DNA of 64,000 nucleotides from Candidatus Heimdallarchaeota archaeon (GTDB lineage Archaea; Asgardarchaeota; Heimdallarchaeia; JABLTI01): NCBI GenBank assembly GCA_019056785.1, contig DXJV01000084.1, positions 64,001 to 128,000 of the forward strand, read 5' to 3'. Shown piece by piece: positions 29,019 to 37,801 of this stretch (position 1 is its first letter; each line of letters starts with the position of its first letter). The notes under the pieces were generated by a model. It saw only the letters and a program-made list of their open reading frames with translations, ran no database searches and was not told where the DNA came from. The position numbers and the translations under genes were made by a program.

Positions 29019-30368
29019 ATGACTGAATGGCTAAAGACAGAAATCGAGCTCTACAAAAAAAACCATCAACGCTCTCTTGCATTATGGAAAAAAGCCCAAG
29101 AACAATTCCCTGCTGGCGTTTCTCACAATATTCGAGACTTTCATATGACACCCTTTGGTCTTTCGCCGCCATTCATTGTACAAGGAAAAGAAAGCCAATT
29201 ATTTGATGTAGATGGTAACAGCTATATTGATTATTGGGTAACTCATGGTTCAGCAATTCTTGGCCATGCCCACCCAGCCATTATGAGAGCGATTTCAGAC
29301 CAACTCTCGTTTGGGATCCATTTTGGCATGGTAAATGAACATACTTTAAACCTCGCAGAAATGATTATTGATGCCACCCCATGCGTCGAAAAATTACGCT
29401 TTTGCACTACCGGAACGGAAGCAACAATGTACGCATCAAGACTCGCACGGGCCTACACCAAGAAGAAAAAAATTGTGAAAGTACGCGGCGGCTGGCATGG
29501 TGGAAATGATACGCTTTTTTACTTTGTAAAGGAAGTACAAAAAGGCGTAGAATCAGCTGGGCTTAAAAGCCTTGAAGATTCGCAAATTTTAAGCTTTGAT
29601 TACAATGACATTGAAGGATTTAAGAAAGTTCTAAATGAAAATAAAAATGACATCGCAGCTGTTATCCTAGAACCCGTTTTAGGCGCAGGAGGAGCAATTC
29701 CCCCCAAGGAAGGATTTCTCGAAGAAATACAAGAAGAAACCCAAAAGAGAGGGATTATTCTCATCTTTGATGAAATCATTACTGGCTTTCGTTTAAGTTA
29801 TCATTCAGCACAGGGATTTTTCAATGTCATTCCAGACATGGTTACAATGGGAAAAATCGTTGGTGGAGGAACACCTATTGGAGTTATCGGCGGTACTGAC
29901 GAAATTATGGAACAAGCAAATCTCCAGAAAGGTGGCGAAGTTTGGATTGGGGGCGGAACCTTTTCAGGGAACCCCCTAAGCATGGTTGCTGGGAGAGCAA
30001 CTTTAGAAACACTTCGTAGCAACAAAGATGAATTTTACCGAAAATTAAATGAAAATGGTAAAATGATTCGCCAGAGAATCCAAAGCCTTCTAGATGAGTA
30101 TAACTCTCCTGCAGTAGTTACCGGTGTTGGGTCAATGATTTGTATTCACTGGTTCGATAAACCGTTAGCCAAAATTTCATCGAGCTCGGAAATTAAGTTG
30201 AATTTGGCCAAAGAAAAGGTCAACCAATTCCAATTGTTAATGTTTAATAGAGGATTGTTGATTCGCAGCGGTTTTGGGTACCTTTGCATTAAACACACAT
30301 CTAAAGACATCGAAAAAACCCTCAATGCCCTCGAAGATGGGATCAAGATTATTTCACATGGAACTTAG
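29019..30368 (+). CDS. Class III PLP aminotransferase, glutamate-1-semialdehyde aminomutase-like
   Basis: DVDGNSYIDY, LGHAHP, GTEATM, GGWHG, LIFDEIITGFR, PD..T.GKIVGGG.P, GTFSGNP. Confidence 0.92.
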   Translation: MTEWLKTEIELYKKNHQRSLALWKKAQEQFPAGVSHNIRDFHMTPFGLSPPFIVQGKESQLFDVDGNSYIDYWVTHGSAILGHAHPAIMRAISDQLSFGIHFGMVNEHTLNLAEMIIDATPCVEKLRFCTTGTEATMYASRLARAYTKKKKIVKVRGGWHGGNDTLFYFVKEVQKGVESAGLKSLEDSQILSFDYNDIEGFKKVLNENKNDIAAVILEPVLGAGGAIPPKEGFLEEIQEETQKRGIILIFDEIITGFRLSYHSAQGFFNVIPDMVTMGKIVGGGTPIGVIGGTDEIMEQANLQKGGEVWIGGGTFSGNPLSMVAGRATLETLRSNKDEFYRKLNENGKMIRQRIQSLLDEYNSPAVVTGVGSMICIHWFDKPLAKISSSSEIKLNLAKEKVNQFQLLMFNRGLLIRSGFGYLCIKHTSKDIEKTLNALEDGIKIISHGT

Positions 30369-30460
30369 AAATAAACTCGTTATTATGCTACAGTTTAAAA
30401 AAGGTTTAATAACCTAAAAAATCATTGAAGAAAAAAGAGCAAAATGCGAAGTGGCTTTTT

Positions 30461-31051
30461 ATGAGCGAAAATAGAGACATCAAAGTAAAGAATCTTCTAA
30501 AAGGGATAAAAGCTATTTTGAAGCGCCGCAAATATAAAATTGTGAATGAAGAGCATTTTGAAAATTATATTGATCTCGAGTGTGAATCTGAACTTGATTC
30601 TACACAAGAAATCTATGCGAGAATTTCATTAGAAGACAAAGTTGGAGTTACCATTTTAAGAGATTATTTTAAGAAGTTAGACGAGAGAAAGGAACTGAAA
30701 GGCGAAGAAAATGTCAAGGGATTATTAGTTGCCTCGAATAGATTCACACACTACGCGCGAAGAGAAGCAAAAGAAAAAAACATTTGGGTTATTACAAGTA
30801 AGGACCCGCGATTTGATATTTTCACCCACAATTTAGTGCCAGAACATGTCATTTGTCCTGAAGAGGAACTGAAAGAGCTGTTCATAAAATATAAGATTAA
30901 ACGGAAACATTTACCAAAAATTTTAGTCAGTGATCCTGCAGTAAAGGCAATAGGTGCAAAACCAGGGCAAGTAGTGAAAATTTATCGGAAAAGTGATATA
31001 GCCGGTGAATCCGTAGCCTACCGTCTAGTGGTTCAAAAATCCAACAATTAG
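30461..31051 (+). CDS. rpo5: RNA polymerase subunit Rpo5/H with an N-terminal RPB5-like jaw domain
   Basis: C-terminal HNLVPEH, LPKI..SDP.V..IGAKPGQVVKIYRKS..AG....YR.V, plus an extra ~115-aa N-terminal domain. Confidence 0.93.
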   Translation: MSENRDIKVKNLLKGIKAILKRRKYKIVNEEHFENYIDLECESELDSTQEIYARISLEDKVGVTILRDYFKKLDERKELKGEENVKGLLVASNRFTHYARREAKEKNIWVITSKDPRFDIFTHNLVPEHVICPEEELKELFIKYKIKRKHLPKILVSDPAVKAIGAKPGQVVKIYRKSDIAGESVAYRLVVQKSNN

Positions 31052-31244
31052 CCATTTTTTCTTTGATTTCATCAATTTATGAAAAAAAATTTAAAAGAGA
31101 TACAGTGTCAAGTTAGAGCTTGATAATATCTAATTAGGGAACTATTTATATCTCGAGTTTAGAGATATAATACAGCACCAATTAAGACTGTTTACAAAAA
31201 AAAGTCCCTTGGTTAGATAAAAATTGTCAAAGAGGTCTTAAAAA

Positions 31245-31424
31245 ATGCCAACAAAAATTGACTATGACAAATGTACGAAATGTGGAACTTGTATAGAAGT
31301 TTGCCCAGAAGAAGTTTACGAAGAAAATGAGGATGGCTCCCCAAAGATTGTCGCAGCAGAAAATTGCACTGAATGTGGTATCTGTGTTGAGGAGTGTCCA
31401 GAAGAAGCCATTGAATTAGTGTAA
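31245..31424 (+). CDS. 2x[4Fe-4S] ferredoxin (59 aa), not in the ORF track
   Basis: MPTKIDYDKCTKCGTCIEVCPEEVYEENEDGSPKIVAAENCTECGICVEECPEEAIELV*, with two CxxCxxCxxxCP motifs and an upstream GAGGT. Confidence 0.95.
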   Translation: MPTKIDYDKCTKCGTCIEVCPEEVYEENEDGSPKIVAAENCTECGICVEECPEEAIELV

Positions 31425-31593
31425 ACATAAGTTTGTTTTTTTTGTTTTTTTTACTTATTTTCTTTTTATTTTAACTGTTTTTACTTGAAGGAAAGGATTC
31501 AAGTAACCCCTTTTTACGCCAGCTCTTTTGTGCCCTAACCGAAAGTTTTTGAAAGTACAAAAGTATTTTAGTCATTGGAAGAGTGGCAGTCAG

Positions 31594-32502
31594 ATGAACC
31601 ATTCCATGTCAACGAGCAAAAGTGAAAACATAATTCTCCCCCCAGAGGTCCTAGACAAATTACTTGCACCAATCCCCAAAAAGATTCTAGTTGAAAAAGT
31701 AGGCGAACACCTGGGAGAAAACGAAAGTAAGCCATTTGAAGCTAAGCAATCGAAAAGAGAATATGTCACTCAACATCTCGGGCAAAAATTTTCTCTTGAA
31801 TTTTTACGTGAAATGCGAGCACTCCATGAGCATTATAACATTAAGAATTTCAATTGGCTCTTATTTCGCTGGGATAAAGATATTACAAATTATTTTCCGG
31901 AATTAATGAAAGAGCAATTTGAAAAAGTGATCAAAAAACTTGACTCGTTGATAACGGTTGATTTTTTAGTGGTAGATAAAAAAAACAAAACGGTCTTTCT
32001 CCTGCTAGAAAATTGGAAAAACGAGATCATTGCTGATGCTATTATTAAGAGAGTGGAAGCAAAAATCCCAAAATATTTCAGGGCGTATTTTTCTCTTTCG
32101 AAAAAAATGCTTTTAATTCAAGAACGAAGCAAGCAAGCTACAAAAGATTTCCTCGCGTTATTTAAACAAGCATATGCTGTCAAATTACAAGAAATCAGAA
32201 TTAATGCCATGGTCATCCGAGAATTTGTTAAAAGAAACCCAAAAAAATTAACAAAATTGACTGTTAAAGTCCCTCAAGAAGTTGCTGGCTTTAATGGCTT
32301 GAGCGAATTAACGATTGTTGGCTCAGATGTGATTAAAGGTTCGAAAGGACTAATGGACCGGCACGAAACTTCACCCATACTCATTGGCCCATGGGTAGGA
32401 GTCGCCAATAAAAAAATCGAACTTAAAGTAGGCGAATCTTTAAAAACCAGCGGAATTAGTCATGTTCTGAAATTATTTGACCTTATAACGGAACTTTCAT
32501 GA
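31594..32502 (+). CDS. Hypothetical protein, putative CENP-N/Chl4-like
   Basis: 302-aa ORF (open from 31528). Resemblance to CENP-N is by eye from remembered sequences; see findings. Confidence 0.55.
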   Translation: MNHSMSTSKSENIILPPEVLDKLLAPIPKKILVEKVGEHLGENESKPFEAKQSKREYVTQHLGQKFSLEFLREMRALHEHYNIKNFNWLLFRWDKDITNYFPELMKEQFEKVIKKLDSLITVDFLVVDKKNKTVFLLLENWKNEIIADAIIKRVEAKIPKYFRAYFSLSKKMLLIQERSKQATKDFLALFKQAYAVKLQEIRINAMVIREFVKRNPKKLTKLTVKVPQEVAGFNGLSELTIVGSDVIKGSKGLMDRHETSPILIGPWVGVANKKIELKVGESLKTSGISHVLKLFDLITELS

Positions 32503-32641
32503 ATTAATTGCAAAAACAGAAATGTTTTTTATCAATCTAATTAACGATTATGTAGAGACATTTTTACATTGAGAAATGAATGAGAATAGCAAGTAAAAGT
32601 GGTTGAAATAACATTCATCAGAAAAAAGCAGAAATAATAGG

Positions 32642-33457
32642 ATGAAACAGGCATTTAAGGTGGCAAAAAATTTGAGTGATAATATTGATAATTTATTAAG
32701 TGATATTTATTCTTCTGAAAGCCAGAGCCAAGGAGTAAAGGAATTAGCCAATTTAATTAATAGTCTCTCCCAATTACTTTTGAAAGCAATAAGTCAATTA
32801 GAAAATCGTGTGTATAAATTGGAACAACAAATTGGAAGAGGTGGCGGAGCCATTTCTATGCCAAGAGCCCCAGAGCCGACAGCAACGCCAACACCAGCAC
32901 CGGCACCAAAGCCAAAAGTTGCTTCTCCGTTTGGTGCGCCCGCTGCACCCCAAAGAACACCCCCACCCCCACCAGCAAGAGCTTCTCGAGCAGCAACACC
33001 AATGCCTGCGCCTAAAAAAAGCGATGGTCCAGCATCTGTTGCGGAAGCCGCTTCGATGTTGGGTGTAACTCTAAAGAAAGCACCAACCTCATCAGGACCT
33101 TCAGGAGGAAGTTCTGGCCCCTCATTTTTAACGACAACAGTTTCACCCAGTGCTCCAGGAAAGGCGGCAACACTAACGCCAGCAGCAAGCCCCACACCTC
33201 AAACAACAGCTGATGCTGCAGCACCCACAAGTGGTGGCGGCATAGCAGGGCCAACCGGAGGCTTTCGTGGCGAACTTGCAGAGAAACTCGCAAAAAGAAG
33301 AAAGAAGGTCCAAGAACAGCTCGAAAGTGATTTTGAAGGAGCAGATCTTGCAGCAAGTCCGGCTCCTCAAGAAGCTGCAGAAGAATCCACAAGTAGTGAA
33401 TTAAAAGTTGATTTAGAGGAAGAATTACGAAACGCATTCTCAAAACTAAAAGGTTAA
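32642..33457 (+). CDS. Coiled-coil / proline-rich protein with WH2-like and VASP-FAB-like motifs
   Basis: N-terminal heptads, TPPPPP, VAEAASMLGVTLKKA, GGFRGELAEKLAKRRKK, acidic tail and a terminal helix. Confidence 0.6.
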   Translation: MKQAFKVAKNLSDNIDNLLSDIYSSESQSQGVKELANLINSLSQLLLKAISQLENRVYKLEQQIGRGGGAISMPRAPEPTATPTPAPAPKPKVASPFGAPAAPQRTPPPPPARASRAATPMPAPKKSDGPASVAEAASMLGVTLKKAPTSSGPSGGSSGPSFLTTTVSPSAPGKAATLTPAASPTPQTTADAAAPTSGGGIAGPTGGFRGELAEKLAKRRKKVQEQLESDFEGADLAASPAPQEAAEESTSSELKVDLEEELRNAFSKLKG

Positions 33458-33463
33458 AAACGA

Positions 33464-34150
33464 ATGGCCAACAGAAAAGTAGTCTGTTTAATTAGTGATG
33501 GATTAGATTCACCCGTCGCTACTTTTTTGCTGGAAAAAAAAGGTTTAGAGGTTATAGGGCTTAATTTTAATAATTTCCCTCTGGTAAAACCAGCTAAAAA
33601 GAGTGAAAAACGGCTTATCCCAAAAGGGCAGATAAAAAACATTGCTCAAAAATTAGTGCAGGCTTTTACCCACCAACGATCCTTTGAGTTATATATAGTT
33701 CCAAATGGAAATGATTTAAAACGAATCGTCGAACAAAGCACTGACCCGAAAATCATCTGTGTTTTATGTAAAAGATTGATGTTAAGGAAAGCAGAACAAT
33801 TTGCTTTGAAACTAAATGCTAAATTTGTTGCAACGGGGGAAATATTAGGCGAACAAGCAAGCCAAACAATCAACAATTTATGGGTGAATGAAAGTGTACT
33901 CACCTCAACAATCTTATTACGACCGAACATTGGACTAAATAAAGAGGAAATTATTGACATTGCTCGTTCAATTGGCACATATCAACATTCAGAACTAGCA
34001 GCAAAGTTCACTTGTGGGGCAGTGCCGGAAAAACCAAGCACACAAGCAAAACTGAAGGAAGTGATCGCCGTGGAGAAAAAAATTGGGCTGGAAAAGGCTA
34101 TCCAGGAAAGCTTTGAGCGCACTCAAAGAGAGATTTTCTATAAAAACTAA
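33464..34150 (+). CDS. ThiI-like PP-loop sulfurtransferase, catalytic domain only
   Basis: LISDGLDSPVA, CVLCKRLM, TGEILGEQASQT..N, RP.IG..KEEI...A..IGT; no THUMP domain. Confidence 0.85.
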   Translation: MANRKVVCLISDGLDSPVATFLLEKKGLEVIGLNFNNFPLVKPAKKSEKRLIPKGQIKNIAQKLVQAFTHQRSFELYIVPNGNDLKRIVEQSTDPKIICVLCKRLMLRKAEQFALKLNAKFVATGEILGEQASQTINNLWVNESVLTSTILLRPNIGLNKEEIIDIARSIGTYQHSELAAKFTCGAVPEKPSTQAKLKEVIAVEKKIGLEKAIQESFERTQREIFYKN

Positions 34151-34374
34151 CAATTTGTGTAAAAAAGAACATGACACAAAAGCTAATTCCCCAATAAAAA
34201 ATTATATTAAGGAATTTTTATTTTATTACACAAAAGTTCAAGGATAACAAAAACTGCCTTGAAAAAAACGAACCATAAAAAACAAAATTCAAAAGGCTCA
34301 ATTAATAGTATATAGAGAAAGCTTTTTGAATGAGTATAAGAAAGTGTGGTTCAATAAAAGAGGATGATGAATAA

Positions 34375-34788
34375 TTGAAGGGCATTATAACTGCTTCAAA
34401 ACTTGTCTCATCTCCAAAAGAGATAGCTTTTCCGGACCTAGTTATATCTGACATTTCAGAATTAAGTGGCGACAGCGGTAAAATACTCATTGTTTATGCA
34501 TCGAACGTTAAAGCCATCTATTTCTTCTCTGTGGAATCAGAAGTCATTAAAATCAGCATTAAAATCTATCCATTAACATCTCGCATAGTCGCAAAAATTA
34601 TGGCGAAAATAAACGAGTTCGCAAACAAAATAACATATTCAACTGGCCTATGCCTTGTAGACGATGTTTGTGTTTGGGAAGGCTTTCTGGAAACTCGACA
34701 TCTTACCTGCTCTTTAGAGGAAGTTAAAAACTTGCTCAAAGAGATTGAAGAAGTACAAGATGTAGCCATTGAAGAAGTCCCCCATTAA
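34375..34788 (+). CDS. ACT-like domain protein, paralog of 40166-40615
   Basis: YSTGLCLVDDVCVWEGF and C-terminal LKEIEEVQDV.I; ATT start uncertain. Confidence 0.65.
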   Translation: MKGIITASKLVSSPKEIAFPDLVISDISELSGDSGKILIVYASNVKAIYFFSVESEVIKISIKIYPLTSRIVAKIMAKINEFANKITYSTGLCLVDDVCVWEGFLETRHLTCSLEEVKNLLKEIEEVQDVAIEEVPH

Positions 34789-34916
34789 CTCACGTAGCCT
34801 TTTCCTCTATATTTTTCTTTTCTAACATAATTAAATTTGTAAAGGCAGTTGATTTTACCTTAACCTTTTTTTAATGTAAGAAGATAGTTATGATAAAATG
34901 AGGAAAGTTGTAGAAA

Positions 34917-35900
34917 ATGGACCTTCAGAAGAAAATTAAAGATATCGGAGAACGGGGGTTGTTAGAACTTTTCGAAGGGTTAATTGACGAAGAAGATTTA
35001 CCTTTCAATGAAGATGCTGTTGCATTTTCAATTTCCCCCACCCATTCACTTCTCGTAAATATTGATACTTTTGTAGCCAAAACGGATGCCCCCCCAGGGA
35101 TGAAAGTCCACGAAATGGGGAGTAAAGCAGTAACAATGGCAGTAAGTGATCTTGCTGCAAAGGGAGCACCCCCACTTCATGTCTTAGCCTCAGGGGCTTT
35201 TCCCTCTGACCTAACGGTAAAAGAGACTATAGATCTCGTAAAAGCAATTCGAGATGCTGCACATTCTTATGGCGCAAAATTCCTGGGTGGTGATACGAAT
35301 GAAGCAGATGACATTATTCTCTCAGTTGTTGCCATTGGGATACGAGATAAAAAACACATAATTAGACGTTCCGGTGCCAAGGAAGGAGATATCATCTGCA
35401 CAACGGGCGAATTTGGTTTAACTGGGGCAGGATTTAAAGTTCTTCTAGAAGGGTATAATGCAACGCCGCAACAAAAAGAACTATTTAAAAAAGCCATCTT
35501 TACACCCAGAGCACGTGTTAGAGAAGGAGTCTATTTAGCCAATTTTGGCAGGATTTCTTCTTGTATAGATAGCAGCGACGGGCTTGTATGGTCTTTAAAG
35601 GAGATTCTCAGAGGAAAAAAAGCTCTTGGTATAGAAATAGAACACCTACCCATTCCTCTGGAAGTGCTTGACTTTGCAAAGAGAAACAACCTGGATGCTG
35701 AAGAATTAGCGTTATTTGGTGGTGAGGAATTTGAACTTATCTTTACGCTTCCTGAAAAAGATTTTGAGAATTTACAAGAGCGTCTTAAATGCCATAAAAT
35801 AGGGCGAATAGTAAAAGATGAGGTTAAAAGAATCATCTTAAACACAAAAGGACAAAAGGAAGAGATTGCCATTAAAGGGTGGGAGCATTTTCAAGAGTGA
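34917..35900 (+). CDS. thiL: Thiamine-monophosphate kinase
   Basis: IGE..L, EDAV, VSDLAAKGA.P, GGDT, RRSGAK.GD.I..TG..G, IDSSDGL, GGEEFELIFT. Confidence 0.95.
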   Translation: MDLQKKIKDIGERGLLELFEGLIDEEDLPFNEDAVAFSISPTHSLLVNIDTFVAKTDAPPGMKVHEMGSKAVTMAVSDLAAKGAPPLHVLASGAFPSDLTVKETIDLVKAIRDAAHSYGAKFLGGDTNEADDIILSVVAIGIRDKKHIIRRSGAKEGDIICTTGEFGLTGAGFKVLLEGYNATPQQKELFKKAIFTPRARVREGVYLANFGRISSCIDSSDGLVWSLKEILRGKKALGIEIEHLPIPLEVLDFAKRNNLDAEELALFGGEEFELIFTLPEKDFENLQERLKCHKIGRIVKDEVKRIILNTKGQKEEIAIKGWEHFQE

Positions 35901-35941
35901 ATTATTTATCTAAGTTAAATTAATAAGAAGATTAAAATTAC

Positions 35942-37288
35942 ATGGACTTGAAAAAACAGCTTATGTTGGAAGTAGCTCAACGAATTTTAGCAGAGAAAAT
36001 TCTATGTGACCATTGCTTGGGTCGACAATTTGCGCTGCTTGGATATGGGCTAAGTAACAAGAAAAGAGGAGAGATAATAAAAAACGCCCTCGTTTTACAA
36101 TTAATTGACAAACTGGCTGAAAATGAAACAAACCTTCGAGTACTTACAAACATAGCCCTTTCTGGGAATCGCTTAGCGAGAGAATCACTTGAACGGAAAA
36201 ATCAACCTGTGCCGGAGAGAAAGGAGAATTGCACGATCTGTAAAGACCTTTTCACAAAACTTGATTTTTATACGAAGAAAGTCTTGGACAAACTTGAAGG
36301 GGAAGAATATACCACTTTTTTAGTGGGAGCAAAAATAACTCCAGAATTAATGGAACGTGAAGATAACCTCCGTGCAAAATATCAGATCACTACTGGAGAA
36401 AGTATTAAATCTGAGTTCACGAGAGAGCTTGGTAAAAGGATTATGAGTGTGACAGGCAAAGAGCCAAATTTCGATCAGCCCGAAATAACAATTCTTGTTG
36501 ATCTACAACAGGAGAAAATCACTCTCCAACGACGCTCTCTCTTTATTTATGGTCGATATAACAAGTACATCAGAACTATCCCCCAAACAAAATGGCCTTG
36601 TTATGAATGTAATGGGAAAGGATGTAAAAGTTGTAATTTTACAGGCAAGAGATATCAAGAGAGTGTGGAAGAGCTTATTGCTGCACCTGTCTTAAAGATA
36701 ACAAAGGGGACATGCACACGGTTTCATGGTGCAGGACGAGAGGATATAGATGCGTTAATGCTGGGTTCAGGCAGGCCCTTTATCCTTGAAATTAGAGAAC
36801 CAAAAGTTAGAACTATTGACTTGAAGAAAATTGAAAGAGTAATAAATCGAAAAGCAAGAAAAAAAGTGGCGGTGTCACGATTGGCATTTTCATCTAAAAA
36901 ACAGGTTCAAACTCTGAAACAACAAGCCGAACAGAGTCAGAAAACTTACCGGGCAAAAATTGAACTTGAAAAGCCAAAAACACCCAACGAAATCCGACAA
37001 GTAGTCGAAACCCTCAAAAATGCTGTAATAGAGCAAGCCACACCCTCTCGCGTGCTTCATCGAAGAGCCAATTTAAACCGGAGAAAAAAAGTCTTTGATA
37101 TTACGATCAAACAACTGGATCCAATACACCTCCTTGCTGAAATTACCGGGCAAGGAGGATTATATATCAAAGAATTAATTTCAGGAGACGGAGGGCGAAC
37201 AAAACCAAGTTTCTCGAGTATTTTAGAGTGTGAAGCACGCTGCACTGAATTAGATGTGATTAAAATACATTACAAGGATTTCAAGTAA
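35942..37288 (+). CDS. pus10: tRNA pseudouridine(54/55) synthase Pus10
   Basis: LCDHCLGRQF, GRYNK..R.IPQTKW, SVEELI, FHGAGREDID..MLG.GRPF, TP.RVLHRRA, GGLYIKELISGD.GRT.PS, LDV. Confidence 0.96.
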   Translation: MDLKKQLMLEVAQRILAEKILCDHCLGRQFALLGYGLSNKKRGEIIKNALVLQLIDKLAENETNLRVLTNIALSGNRLARESLERKNQPVPERKENCTICKDLFTKLDFYTKKVLDKLEGEEYTTFLVGAKITPELMEREDNLRAKYQITTGESIKSEFTRELGKRIMSVTGKEPNFDQPEITILVDLQQEKITLQRRSLFIYGRYNKYIRTIPQTKWPCYECNGKGCKSCNFTGKRYQESVEELIAAPVLKITKGTCTRFHGAGREDIDALMLGSGRPFILEIREPKVRTIDLKKIERVINRKARKKVAVSRLAFSSKKQVQTLKQQAEQSQKTYRAKIELEKPKTPNEIRQVVETLKNAVIEQATPSRVLHRRANLNRRKKVFDITIKQLDPIHLLAEITGQGGLYIKELISGDGGRTKPSFSSILECEARCTELDVIKIHYKDFK

Positions 37289-37300
37289 GAAATTCGTCAC

Positions 37301-37774
37301 TTACAACCATTCTTCTATAAGTGTTGTATATTGTTCATCTGCTACGATTATTTCCTCGAATTTTCCAGAAAGCTCGGCCAATTCTCGAGCTAACAAGTGA
37401 TAACATGAAGGGATAACTCGCTTCATTATTGATGAAAAAAGAAAATCTTTGCAAGAGCAAAAAGAATGTTCTAAAGTGAGGTACGCATGCTCGTGCCCCT
37501 CCACCACCCAACGAGATACACCTGAAGGAGTAAAGAGGTATTTCTTCACCTTCTTTGCACCAATTAGCTCTAATGCTTTTTTTACCCGCTCACCAAAAGT
37601 TTCCTCGAGTTGCTCGATGTCTTGTACACTTAGTTTTTTTCCTTCGGCAATAAAAGTGAGAATCCTTGGATAAATCTCAAATGCTTTTTGGGATTTTTTT
37701 GAATGGTTTTCTGGTAAAGTGGATTTTATTGTTTCTTTCGCCACGATGCAGTTTGCTCCTAAATACAAGTGCAT
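37301..37774 (-). CDS. SWIM zinc-finger protein, SWS1/ZSWIM7-like
   Basis: FG....KALEL, PSG...W.V.G....Y, CSC.DF...........C.HLLA. Confidence 0.85.
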   Translation of the reverse strand: MHLYLGANCIVAKETIKSTLPENHSKKSQKAFEIYPRILTFIAEGKKLSVQDIEQLEETFGERVKKALELIGAKKVKKYLFTPSGVSRWVVEGHEHAYLTLEHSFCSCKDFLFSSIMKRVIPSCYHLLARELAELSGKFEEIIVADEQYTTLIEEWL

Positions 37775-37801
37775 TTGTATTTTATTTTAAATCTTCTCTT
37801 T

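Noticed and set aside
34150-34330. Inverted repeats TTTGTGTAA/TTACACAAA and TTCAAAAGGCT/AGCTTTTTGAA as a MITE or ncRNA
   Set aside because: Very AT-rich, no target-site duplication and no second copy in the window; may be chance or ordinary operator sites.
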